64,000 bases of DNA from Vicinamibacterales bacterium (GTDB lineage Bacteria; Acidobacteriota; Vicinamibacteria; Vicinamibacterales; UBA8438). A model generated the notes under the pieces. The model searched no databases, was not told the origin of the DNA, and saw only the letters and a program-made list of their open reading frames with translations. Numbering within the stretch: position 1 is the first letter of the stretch; the number at the start of each line of letters is the position of its first letter. Positions 9,683 through 19,094 of the stretch are shown here, in pieces. Made by a program: the position numbers and the translations under genes. Where the stretch lies: contig OZ244900.1 of NCBI GenBank assembly GCA_965221595.1, forward strand, positions 3,576,982 through 3,640,981. Direction: 5' to 3'.

Positions 9683-10804
9683 GTGCGCTTCGCGTCATCG
9701 CGTGCGGTTCGCGGCCAGGTGCTGCTCCTGGCGGTGGCCCTCCTCACAGGCCCGGTGACGACTGTACACGCCCAGCGGCTGGACGCGGCGACCGCCGGCC
9801 GCTTCGTGCGCCTGGCGCTCGACTGCGTCCACCGCGAGTACCCGAACAAGATCGCGCATGTCCTGACGAGCGACCGCGACGTCGCGGCGCCCCGCCAGCT
9901 CACGCCGGCCTTCTACGGTTGTTACGACTGGCATTCCGCCGTGCACGGACACTGGCTGCTGGCCCGTCTCGTGCGGCTTGCGGGCCACGACGCATTCGAG
10001 CCGGCGGCGCGCGCGGCGCTGACGCGCAGCCTGACGCCCGGCAACATCGAGGGCGAGCTGCGCTATCTGAACGGCCACGGCCGCATCGGGTTCGAGCGAC
10101 CCTACGGCCTGGCGTGGTTGCTGCAGCTCGCGGCCGAGCTGCGCGAGTGGCAGGACGCGGATGCTGCGCGCTGGCGCGCGGTGCTCGAGCCGCTGGAGCG
10201 CGAGGCGGCCCGCCGCATCGCGGACTGGCTCCCGAAGCTGACCCACCCCATCCGCGTGGGCGAGCACGCACAGACGGCGTTCGCCCTGGGGCTGGTGCTC
10301 GACTGGACGCGTGCGGCCGGCGAGCACGGGTTGGCGCGCCTCGTGCGCGCGCGGACCGGGGACTACTACGGGCAGGACCGCGACTGTCCGCTGGCCTACG
10401 AGCCGTCGGGACAGGATTTCCTCTCGCCCTGCCTGGCGGAGGCCGATCTGCTGCGGCGGGTCCGGCCGCCGCACGCCTTCGCGGCGTGGCTCGACCGGTT
10501 CCTGCCCGGCATCCCGCGGCGCGGCGACCCCGGCGGCGAGGGGTGGCTGCAGCCGGCCGTGGTCAGCGATCCGCGCGACGGCAAGCTGGCGCACCTCGAC
10601 GGCCTGAACCTCAGCCGGGCCTGGATGCTGGAAGGAATCGCGGCGGGCCTGCCGGCCGGCGACGCCCGCCGGCCGGTGCTGCGGGAAACGGCGCGCCGCC
10701 ACGAAGAGGCCGGCCTGGGCGCGGTAACCGGGGAGCACTACGCCGGCGGCCACTGGCTCGCCAGCTTCGCCACCTATCTGGTCACGGCGCGGGGCCTGGG
10801 CTGA
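9683..10804 (+). CDS. DUF2891-family protein (secreted)
   Basis: 373 aa with a GTG start and a signal peptide. The segment REYPNKIAHVL...PAFYGCYDWHSAVHGHWLL matches my recollection of DUF2891. Confidence 0.7.
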   Translation: MRFASSRAVRGQVLLLAVALLTGPVTTVHAQRLDAATAGRFVRLALDCVHREYPNKIAHVLTSDRDVAAPRQLTPAFYGCYDWHSAVHGHWLLARLVRLAGHDAFEPAARAALTRSLTPGNIEGELRYLNGHGRIGFERPYGLAWLLQLAAELREWQDADAARWRAVLEPLEREAARRIADWLPKLTHPIRVGEHAQTAFALGLVLDWTRAAGEHGLARLVRARTGDYYGQDRDCPLAYEPSGQDFLSPCLAEADLLRRVRPPHAFAAWLDRFLPGIPRRGDPGGEGWLQPAVVSDPRDGKLAHLDGLNLSRAWMLEGIAAGLPAGDARRPVLRETARRHEEAGLGAVTGEHYAGGHWLASFATYLVTARGLG

Positions 10805-10835
10805 CCTCACACGGGTCTGCGCCCCGAACCCCGGG

Positions 10836-12662
10836 CTACGGCAACGCGAACGCCAGCACTTCGTTGGTCGAGACCACCGCGATGTACTGCTTCCCGTTGA
10901 CCTGATACGTCAGCGGGCTGGCGCGAATCGGGCGGTTGTGCTGGTAGCGGAACAACTGCTCGCCCGTGCGGGCATCGAAGGCATAGAACTCGCCCACGTC
11001 GGTACCCTGCAACACCAGGTCGCCCGCCGTAGCCATGCTGCCGCTGCTGCCGATGGCCGAGTTGGTGGGCATCACCTGCTGCCAGACGAGCTCTCCGCTC
11101 ACCGGTTCATAGGCCGAAACCGTGAACATCGGGACCATGTCGTCGCGGAAGGGTCCGTCCGCGATGGAATCCAAGTGGCCGTCGCTCTGGCCGACCACCA
11201 GCGAGTCACCGACCGGGTTCACCGTAATGGTAATCCCGCCGTCCTTGCCGGTGACGTACAGCAGGCCGGTGCGCGGACTGAAGGAAGGCGGCCCCCAGCT
11301 CGAGCCGCCGTGCGCCACGATATAGCGCTCGGTGAGCGAGTACGGCGTGTAGAGCTGCCGCGCCCGGCGCTGCGCCTCGGGGTCGCTCAGGATCGGGAAG
11401 GTCGCACAGAATGGCGTCATGGGGACGCCGCGGGCATTGTACGGAATGGGCTGGGTCGGCCACACTTCCTCGCCCGGCACATCCGTCTCGGTCGGCACCG
11501 CGGTCTCCACCATCGGATTGAGCGGCTCGCCCGTCTCCCGGTCCCAGAGGTACAGCAGGCAGTTCTTGCCGGCCGCTGCAATCCCCTTCACTGTCCGCCC
11601 GTCGTGCTCCGCGTCGAACAGCAGCGGCCCGGTGACGTGGTCCCAGTCCCACAGATCGTGGTGGATGGCCTGGTAGTACCACGCCAGCCGCCCGGTCTCG
11701 AGCTCCAGCGCGATGGTCGCGTTCGTGAAGAGGTTCATCCCCGGTCGCGCCGATCCGTCGTAATCGGGCGAAGGATTGCCTGAGTTGACGTAGACCAGCC
11801 CCAGCTCGGGATCGATCGCCGGCGGCGTCCACACGCCGCCACCGACCTTCTGCCCGGCGCCCCAGGAGTCCTTCGCGATCTCCCAGCCGTCGTCGCGCGG
11901 CCCCTGCGGCACGGTGTTGAACACCCACTTGATGATCCCGGTAGCCGCGTCGGCGGCAATCACGAGCCCGCCGGGAATGTGGTTCTCCGACAGCGCCACA
12001 CCGGCGTACAGTGTGCCCTCGTGGTAGACCGGCGGCGTCGTCAGGCGGTAGCCGAGGCCGTAGGCGTCGACGCCCGGTGGGTAGTCATCGGGGTACTTGA
12101 ACTCCAGCGCCTCGCTGATGATCTCCAGTCGCCCCCCGTCGCCGAATGACTCCGCCAACTCGCCCGACTGCACGTCGACGGCGTACATCGACGCGCCGCC
12201 GAAGGCGTAGAGCCGCCCGTCGCCGTACGTCGGACCCCGGCCGCGCGCCTCGAGCGTGTCGTTCATCCGCATCGTCCAGACGGTCTCGCCCGTCACGGCG
12301 TTCACCGCGAAGACGGTGGCCCCCGAGTTCACGTACATCACACCGTCGACCACCAGCGGCGTCACCTGCGTGATGCTGTTGGCCGCCCCGGCCTCGAAGG
12401 CCCAGGCCTGCTCGAGATTGCCCACGTTTCCGGTGTTGATCTCGTCGAGCTCGGCGTAGCGGCTGCCCTGGACGTCGAGGTTGTGCAGCGCCCAGTTCGA
12501 CTGCCCGTCGCCCGCAATCACCGGCGGCTGCGCCTGATGCGTGATCGTGGCCGGATCCTGGGCGCCCGCCGGCGCGGCCAGCAGCGCCGCGATGCTCGCG
12601 GCGATCACGCGCGCCACCGCGTGTGTTCCTGCGTGTCTGATGGATCTCCGATTCGATCGCAT
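10836..12662 (-). CDS. PQQ-dependent dehydrogenase (quinoprotein beta-propeller), secreted
   Basis: Part of ORF 10836..12890. The start is ATG 12662, with a GGGAGAA SD 5 nt upstream. The signal is MRSNRRSIRHAGTHAVARVIAASIAALLAAPAGAQD. It has W-rich propeller repeats and HHDLWDWD around the catalytic Asp, but no vicinal Cys-Cys. Confidence 0.85.
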   Translation of the reverse strand: MRSNRRSIRHAGTHAVARVIAASIAALLAAPAGAQDPATITHQAQPPVIAGDGQSNWALHNLDVQGSRYAELDEINTGNVGNLEQAWAFEAGAANSITQVTPLVVDGVMYVNSGATVFAVNAVTGETVWTMRMNDTLEARGRGPTYGDGRLYAFGGASMYAVDVQSGELAESFGDGGRLEIISEALEFKYPDDYPPGVDAYGLGYRLTTPPVYHEGTLYAGVALSENHIPGGLVIAADAATGIIKWVFNTVPQGPRDDGWEIAKDSWGAGQKVGGGVWTPPAIDPELGLVYVNSGNPSPDYDGSARPGMNLFTNATIALELETGRLAWYYQAIHHDLWDWDHVTGPLLFDAEHDGRTVKGIAAAGKNCLLYLWDRETGEPLNPMVETAVPTETDVPGEEVWPTQPIPYNARGVPMTPFCATFPILSDPEAQRRARQLYTPYSLTERYIVAHGGSSWGPPSFSPRTGLLYVTGKDGGITITVNPVGDSLVVGQSDGHLDSIADGPFRDDMVPMFTVSAYEPVSGELVWQQVMPTNSAIGSSGSMATAGDLVLQGTDVGEFYAFDARTGEQLFRYQHNRPIRASPLTYQVNGKQYIAVVSTNEVLAFALP

Positions 12663-12720
12663 GGATGTTCTCCCAGTGTCTGACTCTATCCGGTTCGGAC
12701 CTCGACGCGCCAGCGGTTGG

Positions 12721-13854
12721 TCAGAAGAGCAGGAGAAACGACCCGTCGGGCCGCACGACCGCAGCCGGGGCGCTGCCGCTCGGCACCGTCGTGCCGTCGC
12801 CGCCGTGCCGGGTCGGCCGGCCCGCCGCGTCGAAGATGCGCCAGTGCAGCGTGCCCCCGGCGCGCAGTCCCGGACCGTCGCCCCACGCAAGCAGGGTGTT
12901 GCCGCGGCCGTTGACCGCGATCACCGGGTTCTTGCGGCGGAAGCGAGCCTCGCCCGCGGGCGACGTCGGCTGGTCCAGGCGATCCACAGGCGCGAAATAC
13001 ACCTGGCCCGCGGTTTCCCACGCCACCCGGACGGCGTCCGGCGCGGCGCTCAACGTCGTCGTGGTGACCGGGCAGGCCCCGATCTCCCATGGATGAATCG
13101 GCCGGTCCTCGAACGTTCGACCGGCGTCGCCGGAGATCAGCAGGCGCTGGTCGCGCTGCACGTTCCCGCGCGCGCTGCGGTACGACACGTGGATGCCGCG
13201 GCTGGGCGCGGCCAGCGCGGCCAAATTGCAGCAGCCGCACGCCCCCTCGCCCGTCTTGCTGACGCGGCGGACCGGGTCGAACGTGGCCCCGCCGTCGCGC
13301 GACGCCACAGCGTGCACTGCACGTTCGGCGTCCTCGGCGCCCCCGGCGTGCCAGAAGACGAATACGTTGCCGGACTCGTCCGCCGCAACGGTCGGGGCCG
13401 CCTCGAAGCTGCCGTCCGCCTCCTGCCACAGGGTCCGTTGCGGCTCGAAGCCGTCCCCGGGCGGCAGGCTGCGCGCGTAGAAGACGCGGCTGGGATTGGT
13501 CTGGAACCAGACCACGTGCAGACGCCCGCGCGGGTCCAGCGCCACGTGCCCGCCGTCCATCGGTCCCATACCGACAGCCGAGCGCGGCACGCTGTTGACC
13601 CGCCGCGGCGGGGTCCAGTCCGGGGCGCCCGGCGCACGCGTCACGTGCAGCAGATCCCCGCCGCTCATGACCCCCTCGAAGTAGACGACGTGCACCACGC
13701 CGGCCGCATCGATGGCCGCCCGCGGCATCCGGCCGCCCTCCGGAATGCGCACGACATCGACCGTGACGCCGCCCCACAGCGCGCTCGCCGACCAGGCTGC
13801 CGCCGCCGCGGCCGCAATCGCCAGCAACCCCACGCCTGCCCGTCTCATTGCCAT
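12721..13854 (-). CDS. BNR/Asp-box repeat (sialidase-like beta-propeller) secreted protein
   Basis: ORF 12721..13884, with ATG at 13854 or 13848. Signal is MAMRRAGVGLLAIAAAAAAAWSASA. Asp-box motifs are SRDGGATF and SGDAGRTF. Confidence 0.7.
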   Translation of the reverse strand: MAMRRAGVGLLAIAAAAAAAWSASALWGGVTVDVVRIPEGGRMPRAAIDAAGVVHVVYFEGVMSGGDLLHVTRAPGAPDWTPPRRVNSVPRSAVGMGPMDGGHVALDPRGRLHVVWFQTNPSRVFYARSLPPGDGFEPQRTLWQEADGSFEAAPTVAADESGNVFVFWHAGGAEDAERAVHAVASRDGGATFDPVRRVSKTGEGACGCCNLAALAAPSRGIHVSYRSARGNVQRDQRLLISGDAGRTFEDRPIHPWEIGACPVTTTTLSAAPDAVRVAWETAGQVYFAPVDRLDQPTSPAGEARFRRKNPVIAVNGRGNTLLAWGDGPGLRAGGTLHWRIFDAAGRPTRHGGDGTTVPSGSAPAAVVRPDGSFLLLF

Positions 13855-13912
13855 TACGCTAGCCGGATTCAAGCGGCGGCGCAACCGGGGATCGGCCTAT
13901 ACTCGCCGGTCG

Positions 13913-15472
13913 ATGCCGCGCGCAGCAAGCCTCGGCCAGGCGCTCGTACCCATCGCGCTGCTGATGGGCCTGCTGGCCCTCTCCGTAATCCTGTTCGGGG
14001 ACGAGTCCTCGTCGGGGCCGAACCAGATCGCCCTCATTCTGGCTGCCGCGGTCGCCGGCATGGTCGGACTGCGCAACGGTCACCGCTGGTCCGATCTCGA
14101 CGCCGCGATCAGCCGCGGCATCGCGACGGCGATGGGCGCCATCCTCATCCTGCTGGTGGTCGGTTCGGTGATCGGCACGTGGATACTCGCCGGCGTCGTG
14201 CCCTCGATGATCTATTACGGGCTGCAGATTCTTGCCCCGTCCGTCTTCTACCCGGCGGCCTGCCTCATCTGCGCCATCGTCGCGCTGGCCACCGGCAGCT
14301 CGTGGACGACCGCCGGCACCATCGGCATCGCACTGATCGGCATCGCGGCGGCGCAGGACCTGCACCTGGGCCTCGCGGCGGGCGCCATCATCTCGGGGGC
14401 CTACTTCGGCGACAAGATGTCGCCGCTGTCCGATACCACGAATCTCGCGCCGGCCGTCGCCGGCACCGATCTCTTCACCCACATCCGCCACATGGTGTGG
14501 ACCACGGCCCCGAGCTTCGCGACCGCGGTGCTGCTGTTCGCTCTGGCGGGCCTGTTCATGCCGGCCGCGACCGGGGTGGGCGAGCTCGAAGCGCTCCTGG
14601 CGGCGCTCGACGCGCAGTTCGCCATCGGCCCGCACCTGCTCGTGCCCGTTGCCGTGGTCCTGGTTCTGGTCGCCAGGCAGGTGCCCGCGTTTCCGGCGTT
14701 GCTGATCGGCGCCTTGACCGGCGGGCTGTTCGCCGCGGCGTTCCAGCAGGCCACGCTGCTGGCCTACGTCGGCGAGCACGGGCTGCCGCCCGCCGCGGCA
14801 GTCGTCAAGGGCGTCTGGATGGCACTCTACGGCGGGTTCACGCTGGCTTCGGGCAACCCGGCACTCGACGAGCTCCTCTCCCGTGGGGGCATGGGCAGCA
14901 TGCTCCCGACGGTGTGGCTCATCATCTCGGCGCTGACGTTCGGCGCGGTCATGGAGGCCACAGGCATGCTGCGGGTTGTTGCGACGCGCATCCTGCGGAC
15001 AGTGCACGGACCGGGCAGCCTCATCTCGGCCACGCTGGGCACCGCCGCCGGGATGAATGTCATCGCCTCGGACCAGTACATCTCAATCGTGCTGCCGGGG
15101 CGCATGTTTCGCGACGCCTACCGGCGGCAGGGGCTCGACCCCCGGAACCTGTCCCGTTCGCTCGAGGACGCCGGCACGCTGACGTCCGTCCTCGTGCCGT
15201 GGAACACGTGCGGCGCGTTCATGGCCCAGACGCTCGGCGTCGCGACGCTGACCTATGCACCGTTCGTCTTCTTCAACCTGATCAACCCCTTCGTGGCCGC
15301 GGCCTGCGGCTACGCGAACGTCGCCATCGCCCGGGTGCCGCCCGCCGGGGACGGGATCGGCCGACCCGCGCCGCTGCCCGCGGCTGGCCCCCGTACAGCC
15401 GCGGCCAAGGCCAAGGCCGTCAGCGGGTGGCCGACTCGCCCCAGCGCTCGACGCACTCCGCCAGAGTCGTGA
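13913..15472 (+). CDS. nhaC: Na+/H+ antiporter NhaC family
   Basis: Part of ORF 13712..15472, with ATG at 13913. It is polytopic; MPRAASLGQALVPIALLMGLLALSVILFGDESSSGPNQIALILAAAVAGMVG... is typical of NhaC. A TATACT -10-like box lies at 13898-13903. Confidence 0.85.
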   Translation: MPRAASLGQALVPIALLMGLLALSVILFGDESSSGPNQIALILAAAVAGMVGLRNGHRWSDLDAAISRGIATAMGAILILLVVGSVIGTWILAGVVPSMIYYGLQILAPSVFYPAACLICAIVALATGSSWTTAGTIGIALIGIAAAQDLHLGLAAGAIISGAYFGDKMSPLSDTTNLAPAVAGTDLFTHIRHMVWTTAPSFATAVLLFALAGLFMPAATGVGELEALLAALDAQFAIGPHLLVPVAVVLVLVARQVPAFPALLIGALTGGLFAAAFQQATLLAYVGEHGLPPAAAVVKGVWMALYGGFTLASGNPALDELLSRGGMGSMLPTVWLIISALTFGAVMEATGMLRVVATRILRTVHGPGSLISATLGTAAGMNVIASDQYISIVLPGRMFRDAYRRQGLDPRNLSRSLEDAGTLTSVLVPWNTCGAFMAQTLGVATLTYAPFVFFNLINPFVAAACGYANVAIARVPPAGDGIGRPAPLPAAGPRTAAAKAKAVSGWPTRPSARRTPPES

Positions 15473-16916
15473 GCCAGTGGCGCACCTGGGCGAAGACGAG
15501 GAACTCGTCTCGGACACGCCGCTGCGCACTCTGGCCCAACTCGATTCGCTGCCCGGGATCCGCGAGCAGCGCGTCCAGGTGCGCGGCAATCTCCTCCGCG
15601 TCCTCCGGATCGTGGATCAGACGCCCGTCGACGCCGTCGCGGATCTGTTGCCGGATGCCGCAGGCGCGGCTGCCCAGCAGCGCGGCACGCTTCCACATGG
15701 CCTCGGTAACCGTCAGGCCGAACCCCTCCCGGAGCGAGTTCTGAACAACGATCGACGAGCAGCGCTGCAGGGCGTTGACGATCAGCTCGTTGTTCTTGCG
15801 CACCGACATCGGCAACGACACCAGCGCGATGTCTTCCTGCAGGTCGGGAGCCAGCTGCCGGTAGGTCGTGACCAGCTCCTGCAACACCTCCTGGGCTTCC
15901 GGATCGTCCGCCACCGCCGCGGGATCAGGTCCAGCGAGCACCAGCCGCACCAGGCGCAAGCGCCGGCGATGCCGGTCGCCCGCTTCCGTGCCGGGGACGC
16001 CGTTCGCGCGCTGCTTGAGCCGCACGAAGCCGTCCAGGAGCGGCTTGAACCCCTTCAACCGGTCCCAGCGCGAGATCTGCGTCACGACCGGCCGGAACAG
16101 CAGTCCGATGCCGCCCGCGTGATCGGCCGGCAGGAACCGCCCGTCCGGCGCGAGCCGCGTCGCAATCTCCGGATACTTCGTGCGCACCACCGGGTGCTGC
16201 TCGACGACGAGCCTGGCGCTGCAGAGGGTGCCGGTCAGGCGCGGCACGAGCAGGTCCCGGTTCTTGTGCCCGAGCGGATCGATGGCCGGCCGAATGATGC
16301 CGGTCCGGCCCGCGAGGAAGTCCGGGATGTACTCCGGCGCCGTGAAGACGGCGTGGTCGTAGCTGCTCGCGTACGGCTTGAGGAACCCCCACGCCGCGCG
16401 GGTCGCCGGCAACGACTCGTCGAGGCCGATGTGGCACCGAAACACCGTGCGCACGTCCAGCTCGGGGCGCAGCAGGGCTCCGGAACCCAGCGGCTGCGGG
16501 TCGTGCATCACCAGCAGGTCGCCCGACCGCACGCGGGTACGAAGCGCTTCGGCGTTTTCGCGGCTGACCGCGTCGTAGACCGCCCGGTCGTCTGCGGTCA
16601 GGTGCGGATCGCCGCGGCCGTGAATCAGGTTGTGAAGGCGCTTCGTGAGGGTGAAGAAGTCCGGGTTGTCGCTGCCGATGACCACCCACTCCACGCGGAC
16701 GCCGAGCTCGCGCAGGATCGTGATCATGCGCGGCATCATCTCGGCCACGCCGCCGCCGCGGGCGGTCGAGTTGACCATCCAGACCGTGCGGCCCTGCAGC
16801 GGCGGCACGAGCGAAAGCGCCTCCGTGCGCAGGCTGCGCACGGCTTCGGTCAAGTGTACGACCGCCTCGTAGTCGTCCAGCGTCAACTTTTCTTCTACGG
16901 CCACCGTCTCGATCAA
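15420..16916 (-). CDS. GT4-family glycosyltransferase, trehalose-synthase (TreT)-like
   Basis: 498 aa. The N-terminus ...LDDYEAVV...LRTEA..L....GRTVWMVNSTARGGGVAEMM resembles TreT-like enzymes. The C-terminal GT-B motif is REGFGLTVTEAMWK. The start (TTG 16916 or a nearby GTG) is uncertain. The 3' end overlaps nhaC by 53 nt in convergent orientation. Confidence 0.8.
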   Translation of the reverse strand: MIETVAVEEKLTLDDYEAVVHLTEAVRSLRTEALSLVPPLQGRTVWMVNSTARGGGVAEMMPRMITILRELGVRVEWVVIGSDNPDFFTLTKRLHNLIHGRGDPHLTADDRAVYDAVSRENAEALRTRVRSGDLLVMHDPQPLGSGALLRPELDVRTVFRCHIGLDESLPATRAAWGFLKPYASSYDHAVFTAPEYIPDFLAGRTGIIRPAIDPLGHKNRDLLVPRLTGTLCSARLVVEQHPVVRTKYPEIATRLAPDGRFLPADHAGGIGLLFRPVVTQISRWDRLKGFKPLLDGFVRLKQRANGVPGTEAGDRHRRRLRLVRLVLAGPDPAAVADDPEAQEVLQELVTTYRQLAPDLQEDIALVSLPMSVRKNNELIVNALQRCSSIVVQNSLREGFGLTVTEAMWKRAALLGSRACGIRQQIRDGVDGRLIHDPEDAEEIAAHLDALLADPGQRIELGQSAQRRVRDEFLVFAQVRHWLTTLAECVERWGESATR

Positions 16917-17077
16917 CGTCGCCTCCGGCGCATGAAAAAGGATGCTCGGTCAGGACGCACACCCGGCCGCGACCGTCCTGCCCGGAGGACGGACGGCCGC
17001 GCAACCGGCGTGCTCGGACGTGCAGGGATACCCGTCGAGCGACGGGCCCGGAATGACTCGCTTGTTGGATGAAACCG

Positions 17078-17860
17078 TCAGCTCATGACTTCGACGAGCT
17101 CGATGCGAACACCCTCGGCGCTGACGACGAACGCAATCTTCAACTGCTGGCCGACCCGGTTGACGATCTCCCGCGGCCCGGACTCCAGCTCAACGCCCTT
17201 GGCCTGCATGTCGGCGATGGCCGCGTCCAGGTCGTCGAAACTCCAACCCAGGTGGTCGAGGGCGCGCCCCTGCGTCGGCTGCAGCTCCCCCTCGGCCCGC
17301 CCTACGAGCAGCCACAGGCCATCGTAGCGCAGGCCGGCGATACGCCCCCTCAGCTTGTCGGGCACGCCGCTGAACAGGCTCTCGTACCAGGTGAGCGTCG
17401 CCTCGGGATCGGCCGAGCGCAGGTGGATGTGGTGAAAGCCGAGCCACTGGTGATCCTCGACCACCTCGATCTTGTTGCCCCAGGGATCCTCGACGAAGGC
17501 CAGCTTGAAGAGTCCCTGGACCTCCCGGATGTCCTCGACGATCTTGACCCCGGCCGCCTTCCAGCCGGCCATCTTGGCCTCGAGATCGGTGAACGAGAAG
17601 CCGATGTGGTCGACGCCGCTGCCCACGCTGCCGCCGGTCGGCTCGCGGTCGTTGTAGAAGATGATCTGGATGCCGTCGACCTGACACGCCCCCTCGCGGC
17701 CGTAGTCCTGACAGTCCATGTGATCCCTGTACCACTTGGCGGCGGCCAGCTCGTCCGTGGCCGTCAGGTGCACGTGGTGGTAGTCCGCGGCCTGCGCGGC
17801 CGCCGGGGCGGTCAACAGCGCGGTGGTGAGCAGAGCGAACAGCAACGCCTTCCCTCTCAT
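17078..17860 (-). CDS. VOC (glyoxalase/bleomycin-resistance/dioxygenase) family protein, two tandem VOC domains, secreted
   Basis: C-terminal 260 aa of ORF 17078..18346. ATG 17860 has a GGAGGA SD. Signal is MRGKALLFALLTTALLTAPAAAQA. Repeated HHVHL / HHIHL ... DPWGN motifs are present. Confidence 0.85.
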   Translation of the reverse strand: MRGKALLFALLTTALLTAPAAAQAADYHHVHLTATDELAAAKWYRDHMDCQDYGREGACQVDGIQIIFYNDREPTGGSVGSGVDHIGFSFTDLEAKMAGWKAAGVKIVEDIREVQGLFKLAFVEDPWGNKIEVVEDHQWLGFHHIHLRSADPEATLTWYESLFSGVPDKLRGRIAGLRYDGLWLLVGRAEGELQPTQGRALDHLGWSFDDLDAAIADMQAKGVELESGPREIVNRVGQQLKIAFVVSAEGVRIELVEVMS

Positions 17861-18015
17861 GTCGTCCTTCCTCCAGGTGGCCGGGCCACGCCGCAGCAAC
17901 GCTGCATTATATCGCCCGCCGACCCTCCCCTGGTGGCTCCGCCCGGCGTCCGACCAACCCCGCGAAGTCCCCCCCGTGCCACGGCAGCAGCCCGGGCCCG
18001 CCACGCGGCGGCAGG

Positions 18016-18846
18016 TCACGCACCGAGCGCGTGAAAGGCGATCCACCAGCCGAGAGCGCCGACGAGCACGCCCGATAGACTGTCGATCGCATAGTGGTAC
18101 CGGCCGAGCACCGTCCCGACGGCGATGCCGGCCGCAATGCCGAGCAGTGCCGCGCCGGCCGCCGGCGAGACGGATCCGACCGCCAGCCCCACCGCCGTGG
18201 ACGCCGCGGCGTGGCCGCTCGGCAGCGTGTTCACCTGCACGCTCAGGCGGCGCAGGACGGCCGCGTTGAGCCGGCGCAGCAGCGGGTAGGGCGAGCAGAG
18301 CGGTCCACGCATCGTCAGCGCCCTCGGCGGCCGGGTTTGAATCCACGGCAGCATGCCGTAGCAGGCGAACGACGCAACCAGCGCCGCCGTCCAGAAATCG
18401 TCAGCGCGGGACCGCTGTCCAAACGCCACGAGCAGGCCGAACCCGGCCGGGACCAGCGGGTAGGCCAGCAGGTAGGCCAGCTCGAAGCCGGAGCAGACGA
18501 TGCGCGGGGTGCGTGCCACGAGACGGCCCAGCCGGCCGCCTCCGAACAGCCACGTGTCGACGGCCAGCAGGCGCCGCTCGACCGCCGGCATCGGCCGGCG
18601 GTAGAAGAGGCCGCAGAGCCAATAGCCCTGCAGCAGGTAGACGGCGGGCAACCACTCGCGCAGGAGCTCCAGGCTCGGCGACGGCCGCAGTTGCGCGAGC
18701 ATGAGCACGAGCGCGATGCAGACCAGACCAACCAGCACCACCCGCCGCCTGGCGGCGACGGCCAGCGGCTGGACGCGCGAGAGCACGACCAGGTAGGCGA
18801 AAAAGCCGCAGACCACCCACTCGCTCGTCCAGAGTTCGAGCTGCAT
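18016..18846 (-). CDS. PAP2-family membrane phosphatase
   Basis: 276 aa and polytopic. PAP2 motifs PSGH and GRYHYAIDSLSG (SR-x5-H-x3-D-like) are present. Confidence 0.8.
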   Translation of the reverse strand: MQLELWTSEWVVCGFFAYLVVLSRVQPLAVAARRRVVLVGLVCIALVLMLAQLRPSPSLELLREWLPAVYLLQGYWLCGLFYRRPMPAVERRLLAVDTWLFGGGRLGRLVARTPRIVCSGFELAYLLAYPLVPAGFGLLVAFGQRSRADDFWTAALVASFACYGMLPWIQTRPPRALTMRGPLCSPYPLLRRLNAAVLRRLSVQVNTLPSGHAAASTAVGLAVGSVSPAAGAALLGIAAGIAVGTVLGRYHYAIDSLSGVLVGALGWWIAFHALGA

Positions 18847-19028
18847 TCGCGTGCGCCTCGTCGGATGCGCAACGGTATTCAGCGCCGGCTCGCGGTGTCA
18901 ACCGGCGACGAGGCGACTGCTGCCATGCCCGTCCCGGGCCGCACAGCACCGGCGCGCAGGAAGGCACCAGCCGCGCGCAGATGCGACGACAGGTCAGTCG
19001 CCCGGCGGGCACATCGGCAGGGAGAAAC

Positions 19029-19043
19029 TGAGATTCGATCTCA
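19029..19043. promoter_or_regulatory. palindromic operator candidate O1: TGAGAT-tcga-TCTCA
   Basis: Perfect inverted repeat TGAGA-N5-TCTCA, centred about 52 bp upstream of the predicted TSS of the porin operon. Confidence 0.45.
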
Positions 19044-19051
19044 ATCCGTTC

Positions 19052-19081
19052 TTGACCGACCGATCCGGTCGGACATATAGT
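19052..19081 (+). promoter_or_regulatory. sigma70-like promoter candidate for the porin/FMN/ApbE operon
   Basis: TTGACC (19052-57), an 18-nt spacer, then TATAGT (19076-81). The spacer itself is a hairpin (gaccgaccg-atc-cggtcggac). Confidence 0.45.
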
Positions 19082-19094
19082 TCCCCGTTGGAGT

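Noticed and set aside
12541-15744. 1067-aa plus-strand ORF spanning three real genes
   Set aside because: The composition is dominated by R/A/G/P. It overlaps the BNR protein (antisense), NhaC (out of frame) and the TreT-like gene. No motif is recognisable.
19026-19082. Possible TPP (THI-box) riboswitch, because of CTGAGA and ACCGATCCGGT strings
   Set aside because: The remainder of the THI-box consensus (ACCUGAUCUGGAUAAUGCCAGCG, the P4/P5 pyrophosphate sensor) is absent. The CTGAGA is part of a DNA palindrome repeated 66 bp away. The downstream genes are unrelated to thiamine.
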